A stretch of DNA of 64,000 nt from Octopus vulgaris (GCA_951406725.2 OX597817.1:89838001-89902000); one strand, 5' to 3'; counted from the first letter of the stretch, positions 13,164-27,322 are shown. Numbers and translations: made by a program. The notes: generated by a model from the sequence alone, not told the origin.

Positions 13164-14287
13164 ATCATCATCATCATCATCATCATCATCATCGTTTAAT
13201 GTCGACTTTCCATGCTGGCATAGGTTGGAGAGTTTGACTGAGGACTGGTGAGCCAGAGGCTGCACCAGGCTCAATCTTATCTGGCAAAATTTCTACAGCT
13301 GGATGCCCTTCCTAATGCCAACCACTCCAAGAATGTAGTGGGTGCTTTTACGAACTACTGGCACAAGGGCCAGTCAGGCAGTTCTGGCAACGACCACGCT
13401 CAAAAGGTGTTTGTATGTGCTACCTGCATGGAGCCAGTCCAGCGGCACTAGCAACAACCATGCTCGAATGTTGTGTTATATGTGCCACCAGCACATGTGC
13501 CAGTAAGGCGACACTGGCAACGATCACGCTTGAATGGTGCTTTTCACATGTCACCAGTATGGGAGCCAATCCGTGGCTCTGGCAACGATCATGCTCAGAT
13601 GTCCTTTTAACATTCCACTGGCATGAGTGCCAATCAGGCGGTACTGTCATCGGCCATGTCAGCAATTTTGATATGTTTACATTTGCCTCAATAAGTCTTC
13701 ACAAGCAAAGTTCATTGTCCAATGAATGAAAGGTACTCATAAGTGGGCTGGTTACACCCCACGTTCGAACGTGCTTTTAACATTCCACTGGCATTAGTGC
13801 CAATCAGGCGGTACTGTCATTGGCCATGTCAGTAATTTTGATTTTGATTTCACTTGCCTCAATAGGTCTTCACATGCAAGATTTATTGTCCAATGAATGA
13901 GGGGTATTCATAAATGGGCTGGTTACACCCACTGGCATAGGCCATGGGCTATGGTCTCATTTAGCTTGTCAGGTCTTCTCAAGCACAGCATATCTGCAAA
14001 GGTCCCGGTCAATAGTCATTGCCTAGGTAAGGCCCAATGTTTGAAGGTCATGCTTCACCACCTCATCCCAGGTTTTCACAGGATCCCTCAACTGCTAGGG
14101 TGTGACACTTTTTCACACACCTGTCCTCACAGGGCGCTTACACACTGTCCTGTATGCACACTAATATTGCACATTCAGCGGAGCATGCTCACTTCATTCC
14201 TTACAAGCTTACACATGTCCTCAGCAGTCACAGCCCATGTTTCACTGCCATGTAGCATGGCTGTTCACACACATGTGTCACACAGTC
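13164..14287 (-). mobile_element. RTE LINE 3' part with expanded 3' UTR repeat array and a ~165-bp internal duplication (13601-13761 / 13771-13931)
   Basis: (ATC)n tail, gtggcacgtaaaa-type units, and ORF2 C-terminal remnants (ETWAVTAEDM.KLVRNE) on the minus strand. Confidence 0.88.
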
Positions 14288-14410
14288 TATATATATGTAT
14301 ATATTTATATATATACATATATATGTATATGTGTGTGTATGTTTTTTTTTTTATATATATATGTGTGTATGTATGAGTGTGTATGTGTGTGTATGCATGT
14401 ATATATATAT

Positions 14411-14476
<66 letters not shown>

Positions 14477-14907
14477 CATATAGAATTACATACATATACA
14501 TACAAGTTTGCCTTTTATCCCTCCTGGGTATGATAAGATAAAATACCAGTTAAACCCAGGCATCATCAATATTGATCAAACTTTCCTTTCAAAACTGCTG
14601 GCATTGTACATGAATTAGAAACCATTATTATTGTTATGGCTGTTGTTGCTATTGTTGTGATAGGGATTTTTTTTTATTTGTTTTTTGTTCTTTACAAGTC
14701 TATTTTGATAAAAATCTTGGTATCAGTGATTGCAACAGTGCTCATAGCCCTGAAGGGCTTTCTTTTGGCACTAGAACTGAAAAACATTTCATATCAAGAC
14801 AATGATCATTTCTATTTGTGATTATAAATGTAAATACTATAAGGTTGATCACAACACCCACCCACCTAAATATTTGTGCTTATATATTTATATATTTATA
14901 TATTTAT

Positions 14908-14943
<36 letters not shown>

Positions 14944-14964
14944 TGTATATATAAATGTGTATGT

Positions 14965-15007
14965 GTATACATACATATATATGTGTGTATGTGCATGTGT
15001 GTGTGTG

Positions 15008-15039
<32 letters not shown>

Positions 15040-15367
15040 TGTATGTATGTATGTATGTATGTATGTATGTATGTATGATATATACACACACACACACATA
15101 TATATATATACATCTGTATGCATATATGTTTCTCTTTCTCCCTACTTCTCTCTCTGAAACTATTTGTTTGTATGTAAACATATTATCATTATCATCATCA
15201 TCATCATCATCTTCATCATATCCTATTGGCAACGTTGATATTTCAGCAGTGGTGCCCCAGCATGGCCGCAGCCTTCGGGCTAAAACATTTTTAAGGATTT
15301 ATACATATATATGTGTGTATGTGCATGTGTGCGTGTATGTATGTATGCATGTATATATGTATATATG

Positions 15368-15413
<46 letters not shown>

Positions 15414-15521
15414 TATATATATACATCTGTATGCATATATGTTTCTCTTTCTTCCTCCTTCTCTCTCTGAAAATATTTGTATGTAAACATATTATCATCA
15501 TCATCAGCAGCAGCATCATTC

Positions 15522-15559
<38 letters not shown>

Positions 15560-15560
15560 T
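14965..15560. repeat. Local direct duplication of a ~260-bp microsatellite-rich unit
   Basis: atacatctgtatgcatatatgtttctctttct...tctctctgaaa..atttgt..gtaaacatattatca occurs at ~15108-15190 and ~15421-15500 with matching upstream context. Confidence 0.8.
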
Positions 15561-15636
15561 TCATCATATATACATATATATATTTATATAAAGAAAGAGA
15601 CAGGTATGTATGTATGTGTATATATATATATATGTG

Positions 15637-15721
<85 letters not shown>

Positions 15722-15902
15722 ATATCTATATATATGATTTAAAAATAGGATAAAAACTTTATAAGAATTTATCAAGTAGTTAGCATGAAAAACCTCATAA
15801 AGAAAAAATAAATAAAGTATTCCCTTTAAATATATTTATTTATATTAAGGGCATTTATGTATAGTAATGCCCTTGATATAACTAAAATATATAAATGTGT
15901 GC

Positions 15903-15944
<42 letters not shown>

Positions 15945-15960
15945 GTATATAACATATATG

Positions 15961-16002
<42 letters not shown>

Positions 16003-16291
16003 TGTTGGTGGGTGTTTGTGTTTGTGAGTGTGTGTGTTTGTATATATATGTGTGTGTATGTACACACACATACAGGCACTCACGTACATGCATGCATATA
16101 CATAAATAAATATTTAAGGACCACAGAAAATTTCATTAAAAACAAAACAAATGTCAAAATATATAAAAATAACAAGTGTTATATAATTCCCTTATATTAA
16201 TTACCCATAATGCAAACGGATATAAGTGCTCTTTCATCTGGAAATAAAATTTGACCATCAAAGTGTTCAATATTACTGTTGCTTTTACAAC

Positions 16292-16336
<45 letters not shown>

Positions 16337-17034
16337 TGTTGTTGTTTTTGTTGTTTTTGTTGTTGTTGCTGCTGCTGCTGCTGTTGTCTTGTTTTTCTTT
16401 TGTGCTGTGGAGGCTGTTTTTTGTTAACCTTAGGTCAACACTGACAAAACATCTATACTAGAAAGCATTTCAGTCAAGAGCAACCTATCATTTTTTTCCC
16501 CCTTTCATGTACTATGTGTCCAGGACCACATTATTCAATGTGTACTTCGTTTTATAATGACAATTGGGTGTAATTTGGAGGAGATTTCACTGTTTTACGG
16601 ACAAATTGAGTAGCCACATAATAGTTTCCTCACTGACTCAAAATATTGGTTTCAAATTTTGGCACAAGGCTGGCAATTTCAGGGAAAGGAGTAAGTTGAT
16701 TACATCGATCACCAATGCTCACTGGTGCCTATTTTATTGACTCTGAAAGGATGAAAGGCAAAGTCAATCTTGGTGGAATATTGACTCAAAATATTGAATG
16801 TAAAAACTATCTAGTGACAATCAGAAATGTTGATTTTAATTTCTTAAAAATTCATTTCTGTTTAGATGCAATTTTTGATGAGTACATCAGAATATTTATT
16901 TATATAGGATGCATAAAAATATTAGTTTGGCACAAGGCCAGATATTTTGAGGGAGGGATAAGACAATTACATTGACTCCAGTGCTCAACTGGTACTTATT
17001 TTAGTGACCCTAAAAGAACGAAAGGCAAAGTTGA

Positions 17035-17425
17035 CAGGCTTCTTTCAGTTTCTGTCTACCAAATCCACTCACAAGGCTTTGGTCAGCCCGAGGCTATAGT
17101 AGAAGTCACTTGCCCAAGGTGCCATGCAGTGGGACTGAACCCAGAACCATGTGGTTGGTAAGCAAGCTACTTACCACACAGCCACTCCTGTGCCTATATA
17201 TATATCATCATCATCATCATATAGCGTCCGTTTTCCATGCTAGCATGGGTTGGACGTTCTGCTGGGTCTGTGAAGCCAGAAGGCTTCATCAGGCCCAGTC
17301 AAATCTGGCAGTGTTTCTACGGCTGGATGCCCTTCCTAACGCCAATACCCGTGATGTAGTGGGTGCTTTTACGTGCCACCCGCACTGGTGCCAGCCAGAG
17401 CTGGCAAATACGAACGGATGGTGTT
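17035..17425 (-). mobile_element. SINE family A head (17035-17188) next to an RTE tail fragment (17205-17425)
   Basis: Matches to both families. Confidence 0.8.
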
Positions 17426-18479
17426 TTAGATATAGATATAGATAAACAGACAGACAGATAGCTATGAATATGTATATGTCTGTATATAAATACACAGATA
17501 TACATACATAAGTATGCACACACACATACATATAGACACACATATATGTATATATGATGGGTTTCCATTCAGTTTCCCAATTTCATTTGGAAGATATTGG
17601 TTGGCCCGAAGAAACTTGCCTTAGGCCCAACACAGTAATACTGAATCTAAGACTATTGGTTGCAAAGTAGTTATTGTATATGTACTTTTGTTGGTAGTGT
17701 ATAGATAAATATTGGCCAAACAATGTTTATTTTTCATTGTTGTGTGTATATAAGTATCAATTGTAAAATAAATATCTTTCATGTATATCCACATTTATTT
17801 ATTTATTAATTCATTTATTTATTTATTTATTTATTTATATATTTACGGAATGTGAAAAGAAATAAATTGAACAGTGCTGAGTGCAACATGTACAGACTGA
17901 CACACTGCATTCCATACTATTTCTCATCGAATGTTAGAGTTTGCAGTATATATCATCATTGTTGTCATCATCATTGTCATCATCATCATCATCGTTTTCA
18001 TCATCATCATCATTATTCTAATGTTCACTTATCCATGCTTGCTTGGTTGAGGCAGATTTTCTACACTTGGATGCCCTTCCTGTAGCCAACCTTCACCTGT
18101 TTCCAAGTAAGGTAGTATTTTCTCATAGCCAGACTGGAAACAGAGATCACTGCATACATTGCAGGGACCTACATTATACAATTATTATATAATGTCAAAC
18201 CAACAGAACTGTGACACACACACACACACACACAGTCTCATACACACATGCATACTCATATACATGCACAAACACATACACACACATGCACACACACACA
18301 CATGCACACACATGTACACATACACACATATGCACTTACACACACATGCACACACATACATACACATGCACACACACATACATACACATACTTTCTCACA
18401 CACATCACATGCATAAATCTTTTATCTTTTATCTATTAGACTGTGGCCATGTTGGGGCATCACTTCACTAAAACTACTA

Positions 18480-19075
18480 CAAGAACCACAATAGCCACAA
18501 CCACCACCCAACAACCACTACCACAATAACCACCATCTCAGCCACCACCATAGTAACCTCCACAACAGCCACAACCACTTCCACCAAAACCACCGCCACA
18601 ACAACAATGAGAAGTCAACAGCTGCAGTCAACAGTCTGTGTCTAACAGGGCTTGATATTTCTGTCAATTAGTATAATGATATATGTATACCTGTTGTGGT
18701 GGTGATGATGGTGATGGTGGTGGTTGGTGGTGACAGTGTTATTGTTGGTGGTAATGGCAGTGGTAGTGTTGGTAGTGGTTTGCAGTGAAGTGGAGATAGT
18801 GGTGGCAGTGGTGGTAGTGATATTTTAACATTCTTTTTTGTTAAAAAATGTGTAAATGTTCTAATGTGTGTCTGTTTCGACAATATGATAGTGGTGTTGG
18901 ATGTGGTGGCAGTAACATGGTGGTGGCAGCAGCGTGGTGGTGGCAGCAGTGTGGTGGTGGTAGCAGCGAGGTGATGTCAGCAGCGTGGTAGTGGCAGCAG
19001 CATGGTGGTGGTGGTGTTCGTGATGGTGATGGTGGTGGTGGTGGTGGTGGTGGTGGTGGTGGTAGTGGTGATGAT
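18480..19075. repeat. Degenerate (ACC)n and (GGT)n low-complexity tracts
   Basis: Seen directly. Confidence 0.85.
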
Positions 19076-19163
19076 GAAAGAACATGCAAAGAATCTTTAG
19101 GTATTTTCTTCTGTTCCATTAAGTTATGAGTTCAAATGCAACCCAAATTGGATTACATTAAGG

Positions 19164-20159
19164 CAGTGATTCTCAGCCATCTTTTGCTCATGGACTCCCT
19201 TTGATTCCTGTTTTACTTAGATTGTCCCCCATAGCCATTCACTGTTTAAAAAATTATATTATATTTACATAATTATTGTTCGGAATTGTATTGAAAAATT
19301 GTTAGAATATTTGGAGTATTGTACAGGGTGTCCCAGAAAGATTTACCCATTGATATTTCTTAATTATTCAAAATAAACTAAAGGTAGGATAATGAAATTT
19401 GGCACACTTGTTTTAATGTAAATTGTCAATCCATTGCAGTAATTACATTTTAAAATGACCTTCTTTCGCCTTGACCATAACCTGCAAATGAGCGGTCACT
19501 GAATTGCATGAGCACCGTACCACCTCTTTATCTCAGATAACATGATTTTACCCCATTTGAACTGTTTCTTCTTGGAAGCTGCTGAAATTAACTGCTGGGA
19601 TTGTTTCTTGTATGCAGTTAGCTTTAAATCCTCTTTAAAAACCCTGTGCATTTGATTATTTCAAACTACCAAGAGCTTTCGCAGTTTTTCTTGCACTCCT
19701 ACAGGGATTTCGGTTCACTTACTTCTTCACAGCTTCAACGGTTTCTTTGGTATGAATTGATCGTTTCCTACCTGGAGTTGATTTGCTAGATGTAGTAGCA
19801 AACTCTATTTATTATAGAACACTGTTTCATGACACACATTCAACTGTTTTATGTCCTTGCTGCTTACACCAGCTGTTTTCAAAGCGACAATCTGGTCACG
19901 TTTTGCTTTGAATGCCATGTTTGTTTACAAACCTGTTATAGATGAATGAAACAATAGACTCATGAACAAAAGAAATATGCAAATCTTTGAGTAAAATGTA
20001 GATAATATTACCTGAACCGATATTCTTTAAAAGAGTTCTGAAGATGAGTAAATCTTTCTGGAACACTCTGTAGAAGCATGGCGAATTTATTGCAAATAAG
20101 TTGTAACAACAAAATCTTATATGGACCCTGAGGGTCATATAGGCCCCATTTGAGAACCA
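19164..20159. mobile_element. hAT/Charlie-type MITE with 8-bp TSD, interrupted by a nested Tc1/mariner element
   Basis: Termini cagtgattctca / tgagaacca (last 3 nt lost); identical cattaagg at 19156-19163 and 20160-20167. Confidence 0.75.
19324..20070 (-). mobile_element. Internally deleted Tc1/mariner-superfamily element (CAGGGTG terminus)
   Basis: TIRs cagggtgtcccagaaagatttacccat / atgagtaaatctttctggaacactctg, with TA on both sides; decayed transposase-like remnants on the minus strand. Confidence 0.85.
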
Positions 20160-20409
20160 CATTAAGGGTTCACATGTCTTTAGAATATTCAGTCACTTAC
20201 ATACAAAATAAGTGATTTGGTAATTCTTTGATCTTTTATCTTTTACACATCTTAACACTAGCATTGCTAGAATGTGTGCTGCCCAGTGTGGCCCTTCAGT
20301 TTGCCACCCCTAGGTCCCCACAAAAAATATATATTGCCTACAGTAGACCCCAAAGTGGTGCCACCCGGAGCGAACTGCCCCCTCTGCTCCCCTCTAATTA
20401 TGCTGGTAT

Positions 20410-20860
20410 GTTTTAATCATTGGACTGTAGCCATGCTAGGATTCCATCTAGATGGGTTCAATCAAACAAATTGATCTCAGCACATTTTGAATTTTGGTTA
20501 TTTTTTGGTAAAGCATGATATTTATTCTATCAGTCTCATTTTGCCAAACCACCTAAGTTATAGGGATATAAACAAACCAGCATTAGTTATCAGGTGGTGA
20601 GGGAGAAACACAAAACATAAATACACACACACACACAGGCGCGCACACACACACGCACACACGCACACACGCACACACACGCACACGCACACACACATAC
20701 ACATACACACACACATGTATATGATGGGTTTTTGCAGTTTCCCTTCACCAAATTCTGGGGCTATAGATGAAGAGACTTGCCCAAGGTGCCACACAGTGGG
20801 TTAAACCCAGAACAATGTGGTTTGGAAGCAAAATTCTTACCACACAGCCAAAAGTGCACC
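20410..20860 (-). mobile_element. SINE family A, decayed
   Basis: Degenerate match to family A. Confidence 0.75.
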
Positions 20861-20869
20861 TAACATACA

Positions 20870-21272
20870 TGTATACTCACAGAAGTCATAACTACTCATA
20901 ATAGAAAGGAATACTGGTGGAATGTCCCAGTGATGACCTCAATAAAATGTAAGCACAACAGACCTGATATAAGGATTTGGGATAGAGAAGAGAAACTGTG
21001 TACAGTTGTGGAAATTAGCTGCCCAGCAGATGTTAACATAGAGCTGAAGATTTGTGAAAAAGAGAATAGCTATTGAGAAATCCGCAGTTACTTTATCCAG
21101 GTTACAAGTTCAGATTTATACCTGTAATTATTGGGGACCTGCGATATGTAACACACTGCCTAAATACCAATCTTGAGAAATTAGGCTTCTTAAAACCAGA
21201 AAGGAGAAAGCTAATTTGGAAACTACAGATCCAATCCATCACTGGAAGTGTAAAACTCTGTAAACCTTTCCA
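20870..21272 (+). mobile_element. 3' fragment of an RLE-endonuclease LINE (R4/Dong/NeSL-like)
   Basis: Translates as EYWWNVPV..SIKCKHNRPDIRIWD...VVEISCPAD...K..EKEN, the PD-(D/E)xK motif of RLE LINEs. Confidence 0.8.
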
Positions 21273-21274
21273 GA

Positions 21275-22648
21275 CTGGGTAGCCAGAAACAATATATAAT
21301 TTATTGTTTCTTCTCCATCTCCACATATCCTGCAGTTACTAGTATTTCTTTGCATTTATGTTTTTGCTAATTTCTGGTGGGAAGGTTTTGATCTTGTGCT
21401 GCAATTAAAAATCCTTCAGTTTCTGCTTTGAGTCCTGAGTTTCTCAGCCATTGTTGGGATTTTGCTTTGTCTATTTCTTTTCTGTTTAGTTTAACCTAAT
21501 TTTTGCCATGAAGGGGGTTTTCTTGCCATCACTTCTGAAGTAGGTATTTTTGTAGTCCTATGGTGGTTATTTTGTAATAGTCTTCTAACTGTATAAGGCA
21601 TCTACTACCTTCGATATGTTGTATATATGACCTTTCTATGTCAGATTTTGGGCAGTGCATCCTGTCATTATTTTTCTTGTTTTCCTGTCTATTTCGATTA
21701 GTTCATTCAGAGTTCTGTTAAGAATATTGTAGCTGTAACTTATAACTGAGATAGCTAAAGTGTTGATATCTATTATCTGGTTTTTAGCATTGAGTTGTTT
21801 TCAGTATTAATCTAACTTATCTATAGCATTCTTTTCTTATCTTCTCTTTTATTTGTGTATATTGTATCATATCTAGTTAATTGATTCCTAATTATTTGTA
21901 TGTCTGGCTTTGGTCTAATTCTCTTATTCCATTTACTCTATCTAGTGTGACGTTGCTACTCTTAACTAGTTTTCCTCTTTTCAAGATGTCTTAGGCACAT
22001 TTTTCTAAGCTAAATTTCATGTTTATTTCTTTGACAAATACATATACTGTCTCTAGTAATGTTTCCAGCAGTTTATCATTTGCAGCATACAGTTTTAGAT
22101 CATCCATATATAAGAGGTGGCTGATTGTTTTGCCATAACAGTTGTATCCACATCCAGTTCTGTTTAGCATGTCAAGCAGAAAAAGAGTGGAGAGAGCATG
22201 TTTCCCTGAAATATACCTTTTCTAATGGAGATGGCTTTGATTTTTATGAGTCCCTCTTTTGTCTGAAGCTGTAGCACTGTCTGCCAGTTATTCATGGAAT
22301 GTTTTATAGATTTTATGATTATTGGGGCTACCTTGTTCATGGCTAGTGTTTCTAGGATCCATGTGAGGGGAATATTATCAAAAGCCTTTCGGTAGTTGAT
22401 CCAAGCCATACTTAGACCCTTCTTCTTTCTGCGGTTGTATTCAGTTATGGCTTTATTGATCAGTAGCTGATCTTTACAGCTATATGAGCCCTTGCAGCAT
22501 CCCTTCTGCTCTTCTGGAAACAGATTGTTTTCTTCCAGATGTTTGCTCATTCTCTGCAATACTATTGCAGTAATGGCTTTGTAAATTGTAGGGAGAGAAG
22601 TTACTGTTCTGTAATTTTGAGGGTTTGCTGTATCAGTGGATTTGGGAA
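21275..22648 (-). mobile_element. R4/Dong-clade LINE fragment (RT through CCHC knuckle), pseudogenised
   Basis: ORF 22164-22559 encodes EEQKGC..GS..CKDQLLIN...AWINYRKAFD...GIFQG..LSPLFFCL; downstream YMDDLKL, LKAETEGFLIAAQDQ and CRICG..EET. Confidence 0.9.
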
Positions 22649-22678
22649 TTAGGATAGCTTTCCCTTCAGTGAGGCATT

Positions 22679-22792
22679 CTTCTTCTTCTTCTTCTTCTTC
22701 TTCTTCTTCTTCTTCTTCTTCTCCTCCTCCTCCTCCTCCTCCTTCTTCTTCTTCTTCTCCTCCTCCTCCTCCTTCTTCTTATTATTATTATT
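22679..22792. repeat. Compound (TTC)n/(TCC)n/(TTA)n microsatellite
   Basis: Seen directly. Confidence 0.95.
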
Positions 22793-23344
22793 CTTTTGGC
22801 CTAAGCCATTATTGAAGTCATTGTTAATACTAGTCAACCAAACTTACTGAGTAATCTTTCAGTTTCATGTAAAACCGTTCGCATGATAGCATAAAGAAAA
22901 AAAGCAAGCATTAATATATATATGTATACACACAATAATCACTCACCATATCACTGTTCATCTATCATGCCCTCAGTACATTGCACATTTTTATAGCTGC
23001 TATATGTAAATTAATATCGTGGACTCCTCAATATACCATGGGTGTCTGTGGCTGAAAGGTATTTATATTTTTTAGATTTTAATTATTTCTGTGGTAAAAT
23101 AAGCATTTTCATGACTAGAAATTAATAAATCAATAAATAGAAATACAGTACAGTAATGCACTTTATAACACATTAATTAAAATATATTAAAAGAAAATAC
23201 GTAATGTGCCGTAGATGAGTAAACAAAGAATTGCACATGCTGTATGGAAAATGAAACTCCTAAGAGTGTAGGGAGAGTTTATAAAAGCTTAAATATATCA
23301 AATAATATACATATAATTATAATTATATAAATCTCTGTTGATTC

Positions 23345-24975
23345 TTCAAAGTTACTAGTACTTCTAAGGACCTCTCCTCCCACCGGACATATAAGAGAGT
23401 CTATTTTGTGCACATTCCTAGTTTTTATTGTACCTGCTTAATATCTGCCATACACAAAGACTACTTTCTCTTTCAACCTTCCTGTGATTCCACTGCACTT
23501 TTTATGTGTCTAAAGCTTGTGCTGGATATGCTGTATGGAGTTTCTGCCAACACCTTTTCAACATATCAAGCAGGGTCATCTCCCTGAAGGGATCAATGAT
23601 TTGTCTGTTTTCCTGCTTTCTAAGACTTTGGTCTTTGCTAAATTAAATTTAAGGCCCCTTAATTCCAAACTTTGCGTCTACACCTGAAATTTCTTCTCTA
23701 GTTTTATTATAGTAGTGATTCAGTAATGAGAACAAGGTCACCAGTATAGAGGAGCTCCTAAGGGCAGCCAGTCTTAAATTCCCTTGTTATGGTCTGGAGG
23801 ACTATGGAAAACAAGAGGGTGCTATAAGCTGATCTTTGGTGGACACCTACCTGTACACTAAATTCCTTGCTATACCCATTGCTGACTTTCACCTTACTGA
23901 CAGCATCCCTGTACATGGTTTGTACAGCTCTCACCAACCACTCATTTATCCCTAGCTTTGACATTGCCCATCAGATAAGGGAGCAGAATATCCTGTCAAA
24001 GGCTTTCTCCTTGTCAACAAAAGCCAAGTTCAGGGATTTATTTTTTGCTAAATACTTTTCCTACAGTTGCCTCACCAGGAAGATAGCATCAGTATTGCTT
24101 CTCCCATGCACAAAACTAAACTGCATCTCATCTAGGCAAACTCTCTTCCTAATTAGTTGAGCTATGACCCTTTCTGTAACTTTCATCACCTGGTCTAGCA
24201 ATTTGATACTTCTGCACTTATTTCTGCCTAAGGTGGTACTTTTACCTTTGTAGCAGTTCACTATAATGCTGCTACACCAGTCATTGGATATGACTCCCTT
24301 ATGGACAACCTGTTAAAATATGCAGATGACTAAGCCATATCCCACTCTCCCAGATATTTTAAGCATCTCAAGAGTGATTCCTGAAGGGTTGGGAGCTTTC
24401 CTTGTTTTCATACCCTTAATTACTTTATCTACCAAACTACTGTTGCTTCAGACAGCTGGTTTCTCTGTTGGGCCCACATTAGGCAAACTCTCCTTCTCCC
24501 ATGCATTCTCTACATTTAGCAGCCTTCCAAGACTCTTTCTTTACAGAATCATAAACTGCAAGTGTACCATCATCCATGCAAACAATCTTCTCTCCTACAA
24601 CACCACAATTTTCTCTCACACACTGTCTGGCAATCTGAAATACTTTAGGTCATTGGTCCTCTTGCTGCATAACATGAGCAAACTTCTTCATTTCTGCTTC
24701 TCCCCTAGCTAAATATACTTATCTCCCAGCCTCCATTCTAGCTACCTGATTTAGTTTTCTGCTACTATCACTCTTCCAGTCCTTCCAGGTCTGTTGCTTT
24801 GCTCTAATGGCTCTGTCTACTTTCCTGTTCCACCAGCTTGTTACCTTAGGCCTGGAGGGGATTTTGCACCAGCCACAAATTTGATCTGTGGCCCTCATTA
24901 AGCTGTCTTGTAGGAACCTCCAGTTGTCTTCTATGTTATATACTACTATCTTCTCCTTCTCATCAAATGCTTGTA
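23345..24975 (-). mobile_element. RTE LINE ORF2 fragment covering the RT domain and the following PHD-like finger
   Basis: IKLLDQVMKVTERV, MQFSFVHGRSNTDAIFLVRQL, AFVD.EKAFD, VGVHQ.S, LLYTGDLVL, NLAKTKVL; many stops. Confidence 0.9.
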
Positions 24976-25249
24976 TATATGTATATTCCTCCTTTCAATC
25001 AGGTGAGGAATGTAGGCCTGCTCACCTAGCCAGCAGAGTGGCATCATTTGAAAACTAAAACAATACAAAAGCACATTGTGACCAGCAATGTGTAACAACA
25101 TCTAATAACCTGGTCAGTCATATGATCACATGATACATATATACAATGTATATAATATATAATGTACATTATATATGTGTACATATATGAATATATAATA
25201 TGTGTTTATATATATATACATATATTAAAAATGGGGAAGGCTGGTTAAA

Positions 25250-25310
25250 GGTATTACTTTAGGTTTCCTGTCCATAAAGGGTTTAGCGTTATGGTATATT
25301 GTCAGATCCC
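25250..25310 (-). ncRNA. Decayed type I hammerhead-like motif
   Basis: Minus strand reads GGGAT-CTGACAA-...cataa...ttatg...-GAAAC-ctaaa-GTA-ATACC. Confidence 0.4.
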
Positions 25311-25383
25311 AAAAGCTTGTTAGCCCATGACTTCTTAAAAATATGGAGAGGGAAATGTATATATATCCATATCCATATGTGTG

Positions 25384-25431
<48 letters not shown>

Positions 25432-25716
25432 TATATAATATATAAGTACATATACATATGTGTGTGTGTGTGTGCATAATATATATACACACATGATGTA
25501 TGGCAATGCGTGTTTGAAATTGTTTATGTGTGAATTTATGTCTGTTTATATTTATGTATGTGTGAGTAGAGACCAACTCCTAGCAACAGAGTTTCAACAA
25601 TTTCCGTAGTACATAGCTAACATATTTCTAGTGGTGAGGATGTAGAGTGGAATGAGGGTTAAGGATGGTTCTGGTGTGGGAAGGGCAAGACTGGATTATA
25701 GTGTAGGAACACACAT

Positions 25717-25769
<53 letters not shown>

Positions 25770-26465
25770 TATTCCTCACTACCACCATCATCACCATCAC
25801 TACAATTGATATCACCATTATATAACACCTGTGCTAGATAGAAACAAAATACTATCACCCCTACAATCACCAATGGAATCACTGCCATTACCATTACGAC
25901 CACCACTATAACCACAACTACCATTATGACCACTATCACCATCACTACTACCATCACCACCACCACCACCACCACCATCACCACCACTGTGATAAATACA
26001 ACCACCATCACTACAGCCACCAAGGTCACTGCTGCCACTACTACCGCTATTACTACCACCACTATCATCACCACCACCACTACCACCACCACCACCACTA
26101 CCACCACTTTCATTACTACCACTATAATGACTACAATCACCACCACAATGGTCACTACCATTACCACTGCCACCACCACCACTACCACTACCACACAACC
26201 ACTACGTCCATCACTATCACTACTACCACCACCATCACTACCACCACCATTACTACTATCACCACAACCATTACTATAACCATTACCACTAATATAACTA
26301 CCATCATCATGGTAACCATACCACTCCCACCATCAATACTACAACAACGACCACTACTACCACACTATAATGGCCATCATGATCACAGTCATAATTATCT
26401 TTATTGTCAGCATCATCACCACCAGCACCATTTGCACCACCATCACCACCACCACTACCACCCCT
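25770..26465. repeat. Degenerate (ACC/ACT/ATC)n low-complexity tract
   Basis: Seen directly; source of the poly-V and poly-T ORFs. Confidence 0.9.
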
Positions 26466-26496
26466 GTCATATTTATCCGTAGAGGCATAACTTGTA

Positions 26497-27003
26497 GGCA
26501 CAGACATAGCTGTGTGGTTAAGAAACTAGCTTTGCATCCATGTGGTTTCGAGTTCAGTTCCACTGTACGGTACTTTGAGCAAATGTCTTCAACTATAGCC
26601 TTGGGCCAAATACCAAACAATGCTTTGTGAGTTGTATACATACATACATATATACATACATACATACATACATACATACATGTGTGTGTATATATCATCA
26701 ACATCATCATCATCATCATCATCATCGTTTAACGTCCGGTTTCCATGCTGGCATGAGTTGGACGGTTTGACTGGGGTCTGGGGAGCCAGGAGACTGCACG
26801 AGGCTCCAGTCTGATCTGGCACTGTTACTACAGCTGGATGCCCTTCCTAACGCCAACCATTCCGAGAGTGTAGTGGGTGCTTTTTTACGTGCCACCGACA
26901 CAGGGGCCAGAGTGGGGTGGTAACAATCACGATCGGATGGTGCTTTTTACGTGCCACCGGCACGGAAGCCAGTCAAGGCAGCGCTGGCATCGGCGATGTT
27001 CGG

Positions 27004-27080
<77 letters not shown>

Positions 27081-27322
27081 CGCGTGCGTGAGTGTGTGTG
27101 TGTGTATACACATATATACGCGTGGCTTAGTAGGCGTAGGCTACCACATGGTTTCGGGTTCAATCCCAGTATGAAGCACCTTGGACAAGTGTCTTCTGCT
27201 ATAACCAACTCTCAAAAGCCCTTGTGAATGGATTTGATAGACCAAAAGGGATCGGTCTGATTGGCTAAAACCCTTCAGTACGTTGCTGCAGCATGACCGC
27301 AATCCAATGACTGAAACAAATA
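26497..27322. mobile_element. Cluster: SINE A head (26497-26632, +), RTE tail (26695-27005, -), internally deleted SINE A (27122-27322, +)
   Basis: Matches to the two families. Confidence 0.75.

Noticed and set aside
14695-14780. Short minus-strand coding exon (SSAKRKPFRAMSTV...)
   Set aside because: The acceptor is plausible, but the donor is weak and there is no partner exon or recognisable protein similarity
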